DNA from: an uncultured virus (IMG/VR IMGVR_UViG_3300032287_003803) | Taxonomy: Duplodnaviria > Heunggongvirae > Uroviricota > Caudoviricetes | Length of the DNA stretch: 20,000 nt | Reading direction: 5' to 3' (one strand) | IMG/VR virus record: IMGVR_UViG_3300032287_003803 | In this document: in pieces, positions 1 through 10,800 of the stretch | Numbering within the stretch: the stretch's first letter is position 1 | Layout: each line of letters starts with the position of its first letter | The notes under the pieces: generated by a model | Databases searched by the model: none | What the model saw: only the letters and a program-made list of their open reading frames with translations | Told to the model about the DNA's origin: nothing | Made by a program: the position numbers and the translations under genes

Positions 1-918
1 GATGGATTCAATGAATCCGCTCTTGGTTTCTATGTGCAAGGCAGTGGCGCTCCTGCTGGTCCAACTACCTCTGGTAACTTTGCCTCTGGTCAGATGATTA
101 GCTCTTCTGGAAGAAACTTCTTTATTGTAACCGACTCAGAAAGCATTGACCTTAACAACAATACTGGCACTACTGCTTATAGTGGTAAAGGCGTTATTGG
201 TATTGGCAACGGCTTCATTACTGACTACACTCTCAATGCTGCTGTTGGTGATCTTCCAACCATTTCTGTATCTGTTGAAGGTCTTGGTTTCAATGCCTCT
301 AGCTATGTCATTAGCGGTAATGTTACTGGCTTTAATACTCCAGCCATTAATCCTGCTTCTGGAACAAAACTCTACACTACAACTGGCGACTATGTTCAAC
401 TACCAACACCTACGAGTGGTGACGGCGTAACTGCTCTCCGCCCTGGTGATATTACTCTCAGCTTCGGTGGATTCACTGGCACTGGTGGTACTCCAACTTC
501 AACAATTGACGGTTCTTCTGACGCTATCAACATCCAAAGCGTTAGCCTTTCTCTTCCAATGAGTCGCACTCCAATTGAGCGTCTTGGTAGTCGTTTCGCG
601 TTCGCTCGCGTAACTGACTTCCCTATCACCGCTACAATGAGTGTCAACGCTCTTGTAAATGAAGTTCAAGCTCGTAACCTTGCTGACATGATTGACGATG
701 GCGCTGAGAGAGACATTACTCTCACGATTAACGCTCCTGGAACTTCTACACCTTCTGTGCGATACACTTTCAGAGGCGCTCGTCTTGATAGCGAAAGCTA
801 CTCTTCTGACATTGGTTCTAATAAGAGTGTTGACCTTAGTTTCTCCACTCAAATTGGTGGCGCTAACGATCAAGTTCGTGGTATTTACTTCTCTGGCGCT
901 TCTGCTAGAGCGTTCTAA
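1..918 (+). CDS. Probable major tail tube protein (5'-truncated at the window edge)
   Basis: Frame 1 is open from base 1 (DGFNESALGFYV...), so the real start is upstream of the window. G/S/T-rich beta-type sequence with SLPMSRTPIERLG, PITATMSVNALV and ARLDSESYSSDIG motifs typical of tail tubes. Strong codon bias, followed by a terminator. Confidence 0.7.
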   Translation, partial: DGFNESALGFYVQGSGAPAGPTTSGNFASGQMISSSGRNFFIVTDSESIDLNNNTGTTAYSGKGVIGIGNGFITDYTLNAAVGDLPTISVSVEGLGFNASSYVISGNVTGFNTPAINPASGTKLYTTTGDYVQLPTPTSGDGVTALRPGDITLSFGGFTGTGGTPTSTIDGSSDAINIQSVSLSLPMSRTPIERLGSRFAFARVTDFPITATMSVNALVNEVQARNLADMIDDGAERDITLTINAPGTSTPSVRYTFRGARLDSESYSSDIGSNKSVDLSFSTQIGGANDQVRGIYFSGASARAF

Positions 919-928
919 TACATAACGC

Positions 929-960
929 AAAAAACCCCGCTCGAAAGAGCGGGGTTTTTT
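929..960. terminator. Bidirectional rho-independent terminator
   Basis: AAAAAA-CCCCGCTC-GAAA-GAGCGGGG-TTTTTT between the convergent genes 1..918(+) and 977..1474(-). Confidence 0.92.
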
Positions 961-976
961 ATTATCTAAATTTATC

Positions 977-1474
977 TTACAAGTAACCGCCAGGATAGTA
1001 GGAGTATGGAAATCCACTCCCAGACTGATAGCCAGCCTCAATACCGCCAAGTTGACGAGGTTCAGCCTTGTAGCTGTTATAAGCATAAACAAGGTCTTTA
1101 AGCTTCATTTGAGAGTCTGTAGATAAACCGCGATAAACTTTACTCACTTCATTACGATTAACAAACGTGATTGAATTGTCGCCGTCAGAAACAGAAAGAA
1201 TATTATCGCCATTATTGCTAGATGCCAAGATGCCGCGAAGAGCATTTCGAGCTTGGCGTGAATAAAAATTGCTTAAATAAAGCTCTTTGAAAATAGACTT
1301 CTCTTCTTCTCCCAAGGAGGGATCAGAACCACTAAAATTTGTATAAAGCAAATTATTAAGAAGCCCTAAATTAGTCGAAAACCAACCGCTGATTTGGGTG
1401 AAAGTGGTTGTGCCAGTGTCAGAGCCAAACTCTACAGAAAAAACTTCGTGTGCTAAATCAGAATATACGCTCAT
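977..1474 (-). CDS. Putative head-completion / head-tail adaptor protein
   Basis: 165-aa ORF two genes downstream of the capsid gene. Helical N-terminal part followed by ILSVSDGDNSITF, resembling adaptor proteins. Call rests mostly on synteny. Confidence 0.45.
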   Translation of the reverse strand: MSVYSDLAHEVFSVEFGSDTGTTTFTQISGWFSTNLGLLNNLLYTNFSGSDPSLGEEEKSIFKELYLSNFYSRQARNALRGILASSNNGDNILSVSDGDNSITFVNRNEVSKVYRGLSTDSQMKLKDLVYAYNSYKAEPRQLGGIEAGYQSGSGFPYSYYPGGYL

Positions 1475-1839
1475 TAAAACTCTCCTAAGATTTTAAGGGT
1501 TTTTTGGTGCTGTGGATTGTTTGGATCAAGCTGCACAGACTTGGTTGATAGAGAAAGCATTTTGCCTGTTGCATTAAGGTTATAGTTGCGACACTGCTTG
1601 GCAAGAGCCTTCTTTAGTTGTGGCTTTTGCAAGTAAGGGCTAAGACCAACACGCATAGCTAGAGATTGCATTTCGGCATAATTCATTTCAGCCAAGCGGT
1701 CTTCAAACACTTGTGGGTCAGTGGTCTTAAATGGATTCACTTCTTGCACGCCTAGAATTTTTTCTAGCTTCAAAACCTTTTCCTTGTATTCTTTGCCGTT
1801 AATATGTTCAATGCTATTTAATTCGTTCTGTAGATTCAT
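1474..1839 (-). CDS. Hypothetical protein (possible small helix-extension-helix module)
   Basis: 121-aa ORF whose stop overlaps the next start. MNYAEMQSLAMRVGL..KPQLKKAL loosely resembles Rho-N/HeH helices. Confidence 0.6.
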   Translation of the reverse strand: MNLQNELNSIEHINGKEYKEKVLKLEKILGVQEVNPFKTTDPQVFEDRLAEMNYAEMQSLAMRVGLSPYLQKPQLKKALAKQCRNYNLNATGKMLSLSTKSVQLDPNNPQHQKTLKILGEF

Positions 1840-1853
1840 ATATTATAATACAG
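1840..1853 (-). promoter_or_regulatory. Candidate late promoter (variant CTGTATTATAATAT)
   Basis: Variant of the GTGTAATATA motif. It lies just downstream of the capsid terminator and abuts the ATG at 1839. Confidence 0.5.
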
Positions 1854-1873
1854 TTAAACTTTTAAAAGTAAAC

Positions 1874-1903
1874 AAAAAAGGGACTGCCCTTTCGAGCAGT
1901 CCC
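1874..1903 (-). terminator. Rho-independent terminator after the major capsid gene
   Basis: Minus strand reads GGGACTGC-TCGAAAGG-GCAGTCCC-TTTTTT, starting 17 nt after the capsid stop. Confidence 0.85.
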
Positions 1904-1919
1904 TGATTTAAGCAGTGGA

Positions 1920-3032
1920 TTAGACAATCACACCGAGGAGAGCACGGTTGTCGAGAACCATACGGCCTTCTTCGAGAGAACCGAAGTAGCCAATCTTGTT
2001 CTGACGGATGCTGTATTGGTCGTCAGCGATGAGAGTGAACTCAGAACCGCTTTCGCTGTCGATGGCAGTGGCGCGGATGAGAGACTCACGGCCACGGTCA
2101 AGACCAACGGCGATTTCTTGAGTAGCTGGATCGAAGGAACCGCCATAAACAGTGTCGAAGATGGTGTTGTACTTTTGATTTTCGCCGAACTCATTGATTA
2201 CCATGAGGGAAACGCCATAGAACTCTGGAAGACCAGCGGAGTTGTATAGAGCCATACGCATTTCATCAGGAGCAGCGATACCGTTTGAGCGGTAGTCGGA
2301 ACTGCCTAGAGCAGCAGCGCCAGCGCCTTTGGTGTTGATGGGGTTATAAGCCATCGCACGGATAGAGTTTTCCAACTCAGGGCTGATGATGAGATCAGTG
2401 ATGCCACGGGCATTAGCAGCGCCTTCTGGAGTACCCTTAGAGAAGGAAGTGTTGATGCGGCGAGCACGGGTGATGAGGTTGTTGAAGTCTTGTAGCAAGA
2501 AGCTGCCAGCAGTGGTAGCATCAATGATGTGTGACAAACCGTTAGTGGTAGCATTGGCAAGAGCAGTCATAAGAAGGTTTGCGCTGGTGCGCTCCTGCTT
2601 AAGAAGGATTTCTTGAGCCATGCGAGTGAAGGTTTTGCTAACTACGTCCATGCGGCTCTTGGCTGCATAGCGACGATCAAAGCTGAGAGCAGAGTCGAGA
2701 GTGTAGGTAGCAATCTTCATTTCAGAAACAGTCGGAAGGACTTGGTTCTGTGGAAGACCACCAGCAACGCTTTGGCTGTAAACAGTGATATAGTCCTCGT
2801 CGGAAATATCATAGTAAAGGTCAAGCGGGATGGAAGGATTATCGTCAGCGTTGAACTGAAGCTGAGTAAATAGATTACTTAGAGTCGGAGCGTTGTTGAT
2901 GACTTCGGCGAGAACAGGGCCGATGAACTCGGCAAGAGCTACTTGAGCTTCGTAAGCGACCTGACGGTTGCGTGAAGCCATAGCCTTGATTAGTTCGATT
3001 TGTTCTGGAGTTCTTTTGAGAGAGATTTTCAT
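1920..3032 (-). CDS. Major capsid protein (probable HK97 fold)
   Basis: 370 aa with strong codon bias, in the order portal-protease-decoration-capsid. ITDLIISPE, PEFYGVSLMVI and KIGYFGSLEEGRMVLD segments fit capsid P-domain patterns. AGGAGG at 3050-3045 upstream and a terminator downstream. Confidence 0.85.
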   Translation of the reverse strand: MKISLKRTPEQIELIKAMASRNRQVAYEAQVALAEFIGPVLAEVINNAPTLSNLFTQLQFNADDNPSIPLDLYYDISDEDYITVYSQSVAGGLPQNQVLPTVSEMKIATYTLDSALSFDRRYAAKSRMDVVSKTFTRMAQEILLKQERTSANLLMTALANATTNGLSHIIDATTAGSFLLQDFNNLITRARRINTSFSKGTPEGAANARGITDLIISPELENSIRAMAYNPINTKGAGAAALGSSDYRSNGIAAPDEMRMALYNSAGLPEFYGVSLMVINEFGENQKYNTIFDTVYGGSFDPATQEIAVGLDRGRESLIRATAIDSESGSEFTLIADDQYSIRQNKIGYFGSLEEGRMVLDNRALLGVIV

Positions 3033-3059
3033 ATTAAATTGTTTCCTCCTTGGTTAAGA

Positions 3060-3677
3060 TTACATGCGAAGACCGATCACGGCGAAGTTGCCAGCGAATT
3101 GATCTGTGGTGGATTGGGAAGTGCGTGAGCCAGTGCCAAGGACAAGACCAAGCTTGCTAGTGTCGGAGTGGAGACAGCCAGTGACTTTACCAGCGTTAGC
3201 AGAAAGCTTGAAGCCGCTGCCAACAGTGAGAGTGCCATCAATAGCACTAGCGCCAACAGAGAACATACCGCGAGTGGCAACTGGAACAGCTTGTCCAGGA
3301 AGCACGCACATGAGTTCTTCAGCCTTTTGGCGATAGTAAAGAAGCTTTTCACCGTTTTCGTCAGTCTTTGCAGTCTGGCGAAGAGTGATACCAAGGCAAT
3401 TAGTGGTGTCGCCAGAGGCGGCAGGAGTAACCTTGATGTTGACGGATGGGTAGCTGTTAGCGCCAACGAACGGATAGTCGGTTTTGCCGAGGTAGCTGTT
3501 GGTAGCGTAGCTTACGGGGTCTAGGTCAAAGTTTCCAGAGGAAACCTTAACAAAAACACCAGCATCACCACTGCCAACGCCAGTTACGGATTCGTTGACG
3601 GCAGCATCTGCTAGTGCGTACATATTGATGACATCGTTGTCATCATATTGACGGAATGGGAGTAGTCTGATAGCCAT
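3060..3677 (-). CDS. Probable capsid decoration / cement protein
   Basis: 205 aa, Gly-rich, with LGITL, PGQAVPVATRG and KLGLVLG motifs. Lies between the scaffold and capsid genes and has the same codon bias as the capsid gene. Confidence 0.65.
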   Translation of the reverse strand: MAIRLLPFRQYDDNDVINMYALADAAVNESVTGVGSGDAGVFVKVSSGNFDLDPVSYATNSYLGKTDYPFVGANSYPSVNIKVTPAASGDTTNCLGITLRQTAKTDENGEKLLYYRQKAEELMCVLPGQAVPVATRGMFSVGASAIDGTLTVGSGFKLSANAGKVTGCLHSDTSKLGLVLGTGSRTSQSTTDQFAGNFAVIGLRM

Positions 3678-3691
3678 ATTGTGTAGTTAAA

Positions 3692-5224
3692 TTATGAAAT
3701 TAAAATGTTTTCGCGAGAAAATGCAGAGGCAAATTTTTCTTTAAGACTCTTATTTTCTTGGGAAGTTTCTCCGTTGTTATTCGGGATGGTTTTTTCAGCA
3801 GAAGCCTTGGCTTTTTCAAGTGCTTCTTCTGCGAGTTCAGCTTCGGTCTTTGTGGAAGCAGTGGATTGGTTGAGTTCGCTTAGGCGCTTTTCAACTTCAG
3901 CAGTGATCTTTGCTTCTGTTTCTTCAGCCAAACGACCAAGGTGTTCCTTATTCTTGTGCTTGAGCACAACAGAAAGCTTATCTTGATAAGATGCGAAAGC
4001 TTCGTCAGAGGCTCCAATAGCTTGAAGCTCAGAAGCGATAACTTTACGATCTTCGTCTTCAAGAGAGTAAAGATTGTCAATTTGCTCCATGCGAGCATTA
4101 AAGCGAGCCAAGGCTTTTTCAGCTTCTTGAGCGGCTTCAATTTCTTGGAGCTTGACTTTTGTGTCAGACAAGTCTTTTTGAAGAGTTTCGACAGAAGCCA
4201 AGAGTTCTTTGGCTTTGGTTTCGGAAGCTTCTTTCTCAGTTTTAGCAGAGCGATACTCTTCGTCTTTTTGACGAATTGCATCAGCAAATGTGCTAGTCAT
4301 ACTGGCGATGGCTTCTTCCGAGATTTTCTTCTCTGTGAGAGAAGCTTTGAGTTCTGAAAGGAATGATTCTAAATCCATAGATTTTTTAATGTTTACATCT
4401 TTAAGATTAAATTGGGAAATATTTTTTGTATTCATTGCAAATACTTTTTTATCTCGCGGGTCTTTGAATGATACGTTTTCTTCTGGAGCGATGCCATTAT
4501 CAAGCAGCAAGCCTTTGACATTAGCGGCTGGATTGGCGGTGAAACCAATGCCAAGAGGATAAACAGAACCCTTTACCAAGCGATAAATTTTGGAGCCATC
4601 TTCCATTTTACCATTGCCACCATAAGCGCGAAGCTTGCCTTTGAGTTCGTCAATATGCTTTGGGTTCGAAATGATTTCAGCCTCTTTTAAATTTGTACTT
4701 CCAACAGCCAAAACATATTCATTAAATCCAAGCTCCCAACTTGCAGAAACTGTATTGAAAAGATTGCTGCTTTCGCTGGTTGATTTGTAAATCAAATCAG
4801 TAAATTTAGGATCAACAAGCTTATAAATTACTGCGCCCAAAGCTAGATTAATTAAGCCATTTGTTTCAATAACTTCCTGATTATTTAGGGGAACATTTTC
4901 GCCCCAAGAATTAAAACCAGCAGAAACAATATGTCCCACAATTTGTTTCTTATTGTGCTCAATGTTTGTTGGTTTGTGAATGAAGTATGGCGCGATTTGA
5001 ACGGCAGTTTGAGAGTCAATGCCGTCATCGTTGCGATTGAATTGGTTCACGACAGCAGCGTCAAAAGCCACTCCCATGAGGTCAATGTTTTTGCCCAAGT
5101 CAATACTTTGACTAGGCAACAGACTCTTAAGATTCTCTAGCGAAGCTGTGGAAATAAAAGAGTTTTCGCCAATTTTACACTGGCGAATAGAAACATCAAA
5201 TTCTGTTTTATATTTAAAATCCAT
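3692..5224 (-). CDS. Prohead protease fused to a C-terminal coiled-coil scaffold
   Basis: N-terminal domain has NRNDDG, HKPTNIEH, VGHI, VSASWE and GIGFTANPAA motifs typical of phage prohead serine proteases. The C-terminal ~225 aa are an E/K/A-rich coiled coil starting at an internal Met (MDLESF). Confidence 0.75.
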   Translation of the reverse strand: MDFKYKTEFDVSIRQCKIGENSFISTASLENLKSLLPSQSIDLGKNIDLMGVAFDAAVVNQFNRNDDGIDSQTAVQIAPYFIHKPTNIEHNKKQIVGHIVSAGFNSWGENVPLNNQEVIETNGLINLALGAVIYKLVDPKFTDLIYKSTSESSNLFNTVSASWELGFNEYVLAVGSTNLKEAEIISNPKHIDELKGKLRAYGGNGKMEDGSKIYRLVKGSVYPLGIGFTANPAANVKGLLLDNGIAPEENVSFKDPRDKKVFAMNTKNISQFNLKDVNIKKSMDLESFLSELKASLTEKKISEEAIASMTSTFADAIRQKDEEYRSAKTEKEASETKAKELLASVETLQKDLSDTKVKLQEIEAAQEAEKALARFNARMEQIDNLYSLEDEDRKVIASELQAIGASDEAFASYQDKLSVVLKHKNKEHLGRLAEETEAKITAEVEKRLSELNQSTASTKTEAELAEEALEKAKASAEKTIPNNNGETSQENKSLKEKFASAFSRENILIS

Positions 5225-5225
5225 A

Positions 5226-5849
5226 TTATAAATCTAAAGTATTTCTCCAAGCTTCTTTGGTTTCTTTTAATTCATCTTCTCTTGTTTCGTTTTTTTCGTG
5301 CAACTCCCATTTGCGAAGCTGCTCTACAGTGAGAATCCTAACAGAATTACTTGAGGTTTTTGGCTTTTCGCGATACTCCATCTTGTCGCCTTTTTTGGCG
5401 GCAGATTTTGACTCTTGCATCTTTTTCTTTTCCAATTCTTTTAAGTATTCTTTGTCATCCTTTAAATCTTTTTTTTCAAGCTCCAATTCGAACTTGTCTT
5501 CTTTAATATCTTTTTTCTCAAGCTCGATTTTTTCTTTAAGAGTTTTGCCCTTCTCTTCATCCTCTTCTTCTTCCTCTTCGTCCTCCTCTTCTTTTTTGAT
5601 TTCTTCAAGATCGTCTTCTTTATCTTCGGCCATGATCTTTTCTTTCATTTTATCGAACGAGACAGCACAAGACATAGCAGCTTCACGATCTGTTTTACCA
5701 GAGCTTTCCGACATGCATTTTGCCATGAACTTCTTGTAAGAAGTTTTTTCTTTATCGCTCATCTTTTTTTCCGCAATTGAGATTTCAATTGTGGAACCAT
5801 TAATGACAACTGTTTTTTCGAGAGGAATTGGAACTTCGTTAGGACTCAT
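5226..5849 (-). CDS. Highly charged hypothetical protein (E/K/D-rich)
   Basis: 207-aa ORF between portal and protease, overlapping the portal stop. Contains FMAKC..AAMSC helices and an EEEDEEEEEEDEE tract. Confidence 0.65.
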   Translation of the reverse strand: MSPNEVPIPLEKTVVINGSTIEISIAEKKMSDKEKTSYKKFMAKCMSESSGKTDREAAMSCAVSFDKMKEKIMAEDKEDDLEEIKKEEEDEEEEEEDEEKGKTLKEKIELEKKDIKEDKFELELEKKDLKDDKEYLKELEKKKMQESKSAAKKGDKMEYREKPKTSSNSVRILTVEQLRKWELHEKNETREDELKETKEAWRNTLDL

Positions 5850-7806
5850 TTGTGCGACTATGATGTAGGATGGCTGCTGAATAAAAATCTAATTTGTGAG
5901 ATTCGGCGATCTCAGAAACTTCATCGAGAAGCCCTAAAGATTCTATTACATTAAAATCTTTTACACATTCAAGAGCTTTATTGCTCCAATCATTTTTTTC
6001 ATGGGAGCAAATAATCTTTTTGCAAAGCTCTTCAATGGCAGAGTTTTGCTGCTTGCTTAATCTCTTAACGCCCAAGTTTTCTTTGGTTTGAGCTTTTACG
6101 TTGTTTTCAAAAGCTTCGATTTCGTAAACAATCTCTTGAATATTTTTGCGCGAGAAATTAGCTTCTGTAATTGCTCCTTGTGGACGACCAGCAGATTTAG
6201 GTGTTTGATTTGTTTCTTGTCCGTTAGCGTCTGCAATAACTGGCACACCGCCAACAAGCGGGTTGTAGAAGCCTTTTTCACGATCATTAACAAAGCTCTG
6301 TTGCGCTGGAGCAATCTCTTCAGCTTGTGGGAATCTACCAGTATTAAACACTGTAAGACCTTGCTGCGGAGTGATGACTCCAAGTTCCATGAGTCTAGTG
6401 GTAACACGGAGAAGTTGAGTGTTGTCTTTGAAGTCGATTTCTTTGAAGCGAGCTTCTGGGTAAGAGCGAAAGCCAAGAGCCTTAGAGATTCTTTTGATTT
6501 CTGGCTGCAAGAACTCGTTCAAGAAAGCTTGACGGCTCTCTTTGAGACGATCAATAAACATGTCAATTTTTGTGGCAATGTTACCATACTTGTCATCGCC
6601 AAAGAAAATGTTTTGAAGACCTTGCTCAATGTCTTTATTTAGTGTTTCATATTTGGCTGGTCCAAGAACTTTGTTAAGGTCTGGAATAACGAAATTAGCC
6701 TCTGTTGTATAGTCTGAGATGAGCACTCTTCCGACAGATTCGTTTCGGAAGAGGTCTTGCATGGCTTGGAGATTGTGGTGGTTGATTCCTCCTTTATCGG
6801 GTGGTGCGCCCATTGTGATAAGTAGAATGACATTCTCAACGGTTCTTGTGATTGCTTGGTCCATTTTCTTGAGTTCAAGCTTGGCATTGATGTCTTGAAG
6901 AACAGGAAAACCAAAAGGAATAGAGAAAGGCTCATAGTCTTGTTTTTTATAAAATGCGAAATGTAGTTTTTCTGGATTGATTTTTATTTTTAAACCGTTC
7001 TTGGCGAAGCCGCCTTTTTGAATATTTTTGCGGTCTGCTTCGGGGAAAGAGTTTAGCAACTCAATGTCTTCTTCGGATTGTGGATTGCGCAATCTTTCCA
7101 AATCATATTCAGATAGAACTTTTTCATAACTTGTTGCGTTAAAAGTTGTCACACGCTTGGCGACAATATCAAAAGGATTTAAAAGAATATACTTGAGAGG
7201 AATCTGGTTTCTAAGCTCTGCTCCTTCTTCTGCATACATAGTGGAGAGCTTTTTAAAGTCCTCTAAATCAAACTTACCATCAACTCTGTAGATGAAGATG
7301 TTGCCGCTGCGATAGTATTCGCGGAAAAACTGGTCTTTCAAATCCCATACGCGAATCTTGCGCATCCAGCGATAAAAGAAGTCTCTTGCCTTGTCTGTGC
7401 CGCCTTCAAAAAAGATTTCGCCATTGGAAAATTCCGACATCAAATCAATAGCGTTGCGGAAAATAGGAACATTGGCGTAGGCTTTTTGACATAGCTCAAT
7501 TGCCTCGCGAACATAAACACCGTCGTTAGAAAAGCTGTAAGGCAACATGCCAGCACGAATGCTGCTGTAGCGATCAAAAGTCGGAGCAAGAGCCGCACGA
7601 TTAACTCTGCTAGAAGTTGCATCTGTTCTGCTTAAACCTTCTCTGGAAGCTTTTGCAAATTGAACCATAGAAGCATCAGAAGTGTAAAATGGTTCACCAG
7701 CCGAAACAGGCTCAGTGTTTGCAGTAATTGTTGATTGAAAGTTCGGAAGAGACTTTTGATTGAACTTTTTCCAATAGTCAGATTTTTTATTATAAGAGCG
7801 CACCAT
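5839..7806 (-). CDS. Portal protein
   Basis: 655 aa directly downstream of the terminase. AYANVPIFRNAIDLMSEF, REYYRSGNIFIY and YKKQDYEPFSIPFGFPVL segments and a late GRP motif are typical of portals. Confidence 0.85.
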   Translation of the reverse strand: MVRSYNKKSDYWKKFNQKSLPNFQSTITANTEPVSAGEPFYTSDASMVQFAKASREGLSRTDATSSRVNRAALAPTFDRYSSIRAGMLPYSFSNDGVYVREAIELCQKAYANVPIFRNAIDLMSEFSNGEIFFEGGTDKARDFFYRWMRKIRVWDLKDQFFREYYRSGNIFIYRVDGKFDLEDFKKLSTMYAEEGAELRNQIPLKYILLNPFDIVAKRVTTFNATSYEKVLSEYDLERLRNPQSEEDIELLNSFPEADRKNIQKGGFAKNGLKIKINPEKLHFAFYKKQDYEPFSIPFGFPVLQDINAKLELKKMDQAITRTVENVILLITMGAPPDKGGINHHNLQAMQDLFRNESVGRVLISDYTTEANFVIPDLNKVLGPAKYETLNKDIEQGLQNIFFGDDKYGNIATKIDMFIDRLKESRQAFLNEFLQPEIKRISKALGFRSYPEARFKEIDFKDNTQLLRVTTRLMELGVITPQQGLTVFNTGRFPQAEEIAPAQQSFVNDREKGFYNPLVGGVPVIADANGQETNQTPKSAGRPQGAITEANFSRKNIQEIVYEIEAFENNVKAQTKENLGVKRLSKQQNSAIEELCKKIICSHEKNDWSNKALECVKDFNVIESLGLLDEVSEIAESHKLDFYSAAILHHSRTNES

Positions 7807-7821
7807 TAATTTATATTACAC
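7807..7821 (-). promoter_or_regulatory. Candidate late promoter GTGTAATATAAATTA
   Basis: Directly precedes the portal ATG. The 11-mer GTGTAATATAA is identical upstream of PhoH. Confidence 0.6.
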
Positions 7822-7854
7822 GCAAATCTTACAAATCCCACTTTCAAAGTTACT

Positions 7855-10800
7855 TTAGACAAAAAATGGAGTGAATGTAGCTTCTGTATCTTCTGCTTTA
7901 AAATTCATCATGTCAAAGTAGGTTTGAACCATCCAGTTGCCTAGAACCAAAGAAGAGTAAGAGTCACGACGAGCTTTATCTGCGCCATTTTGCCTCTTTA
8001 GGTTTGATGGCAAGTCGAAAGACTGTGTGCCTTGGCTAGTTGTTGAAACTTGAATAAGAGCGCACTCAGCCTTGGTCAAATCAATCATGTCTTTCTGGTG
8101 CTCGATAAAATCAATCATTTTTGCGGCTGTATTCTTTTCGTCCGCATCTGCTACTCTCAAGAACCTGATTTGGTCAATGGGAATGCTCTTGCCTCTTTGG
8201 CGTTGATAGTCATCATTAACCGCGCTGCAAGCAAACCAAATTTTCTTATGATCAAAAGAAGACTGTAATAATTCGTTTGCAAACCGAATCCACTGTGAAG
8301 TTGGGCGGCGAAGATGGCATATCTTTTTGGACGATAAGTTGTATTGATTGCGAGCTTCGCGCAAAGATGCATTGTAGTTTTGAACATCATCAAAGTCTGC
8401 GTCAAAGCAGTCTATTTTTAAATCATTACTTTTGAACAAGTCGCTTTCGTTGCAAGCGTTTAGGAATTGTACACCGCCATTGTAGTCACCAACAATGCAA
8501 ACAATATTGAAGTTTGTTAAGATATAATAAAAATAAAAAATATGATCTTTCAGGCGAGTGCCAGAAATAGCATAGCTATGAACAACTGTTCCTATTCGCT
8601 TTTCTTTATTGATTTTAATAACATGCATGCCAAAGTCGTCAGAGCTTTCGCTTTCAGACCAAGATGGGTCAAAAGATAAAATATATTCATCGTTTGGTTC
8701 GCCAGCAATTTCCACACATTGACCTTGACCATCTTCAATGGTGCAAGCTGCCATTTTGCTAACTTTAAAATAACCGCTGGAATCATCAGTGAATATCGAG
8801 CCAAACTCGCGATCAAACTGAGACTGACTCAAGGTTGATTTTGCTTGCTGAATCAAAGACTGATCGTATAACTGAGTTGGCGCACAGTCATAACTCAAGT
8901 GCATGATAACACGATGCGCCACATCACTTTTTTCAGGATTTAAAATAAGATGCTCGTATTGCTGATATAGTTTATACAAGTATTCAAATTTGTAGGAGGC
9001 AGAAGAAAGCCCAATGATTTTATTATTTGGCCATTGAGTGCGATCTTCTTCTTGCATTTTGCCCGTTTCAATCAATTCTGTTTCCAAGTTGTAAATTTCC
9101 TGACGCTCTGTGGGGTTTTCTACAACAGATAAGAAAGGTAAAATAACTTCATTAAAGATTCGTTCTGGCATGAGCAAAAACTCATCAATAATCATGCGTT
9201 GGAAACGAAAACCGCGCAACTTTTCACCATCCCCAAGAGGAAGAGCAGTGATCTTGCTGCGGCCAATTTCCATGACCCACTGATCGTTATTTTTAGAAAC
9301 TCTTGTGACTGCCTCGGCAAACATAGAGGCTTTTGGCGTTTTCATAATGTCTTCAATCTTGCTGAAGATCATTCGGCTCTGACGAAAGCTTTTGGATATG
9401 ATGCCAATATGCACTCCTTGATGCAGAACAGCGTCTAGAGCAGCGAACAAACCTGTTGTAAACGACTTTGATTGCCCGCGTGAGTTATGATGAACAATGC
9501 CATTTCCAATATAACATTCTTCATTATCTACAGTTATATCAATAGATTCGACTTCGCATTCATTAATAAATTTAACAGGACTAAAAACTACGCCTTCTTC
9601 TTTAATGCTATTGATAATGGCTTGGTTTTTATGAGATAGATTTTTTAATTTATCAAACTCATTTTGAGAAAATGAATTTGCCCAAGAACCTTTCTTGCCA
9701 ACTACTTTTTCAAAGGGGCCGTCTGTTTTTAATAAGCTAGGCAGCTCAGGAACTAATTTATTTTGATAATTTCTAGTTTTAGAGCGCTCTAAGCTTTTGG
9801 CTAAATTATTTTTTTTATGACTAACAATAAAGTCAATTTCTGTTTGAAAAGTTTTTAAACTATTAAAATCATTCGATAGAACTAGATCGTAATATTTAAC
9901 TCCTTTGTTTTCTCCAGATAATCTTACACAAGATTCGACGCCGAGATTGTTTAACAGCATTTTAACTTGCCGAAGTAGTTGTAAAGAAGTATTTTTTAAT
10001 CCAATTTTACTACCTCCTTCTTGATAAGAAGCGTAACCATCCGCATCAAATAATCCGCCGATCAAAGCGCAGATTTCCTTTTTAGAAGCGGTTAATAGCT
10101 GGTCGCAAATAATTTTATTAGCAGATTTTAAGGAAATATCCCAACCAATAGATTCGATCCATTTTATAAACTCGCGATTAAAAATTGCATATTCATAAAA
10201 ATTAAGATTGGAGCTTCTTTGGCGAGCGTAGCTTTTTAAATTATTGTCTTGTATAAATTTTAAAATAGTTTCATGAACCTCAATATGTTCGCTGCAATAA
10301 TGCATTCCGTAACCATCTTTGGAAACGTATCCATCTCCTAAGACATAACCTAATAAATAAAATAAATGCGCATTATTTTTATAACCGCTGTTTTTTAAAA
10401 TATCATTGTCTCCCCAAATATTTGTTCCTAATTTAACGGGTACTTGATCGCCAATTTTTAAATCTTCAATCTTTTTAAAGTCAAATTGTCCAGCGTTATA
10501 TGTCAAAACCTTATGCCCCTTTTTAGCTTTAAAGGAGTCTCCAGATTTTAAAATAATTTCAAGTCCAAGCTGGTTTGGATTTTCCCATTTATCTAAAACT
10601 TTATTTAACCCTTTTCTAGATCGTACTTCGTCTCCGATATTAATGTCTTTGATTTTTTTAAATCCCTCGGAAGTTAAAACGTATTCATTTTTTTCTAAAC
10701 ACCAAACCCCCAAAAAGTAATCTGTGAGCATCATGGACTTGATTGCCATGTGCTGAAATGGAAACAATTTAATACCAGTCAACAATTCGCAAGTGAAAGA

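Noticed and set aside
3681..3696. Plus-strand GTGTAGTTAAATT-ATG resembling the late-promoter motif, antisense to the protease gene
   Set aside because: Imperfect match, and the ORF that follows is only 16 codons. A chance match in an AT-rich gap cannot be excluded.
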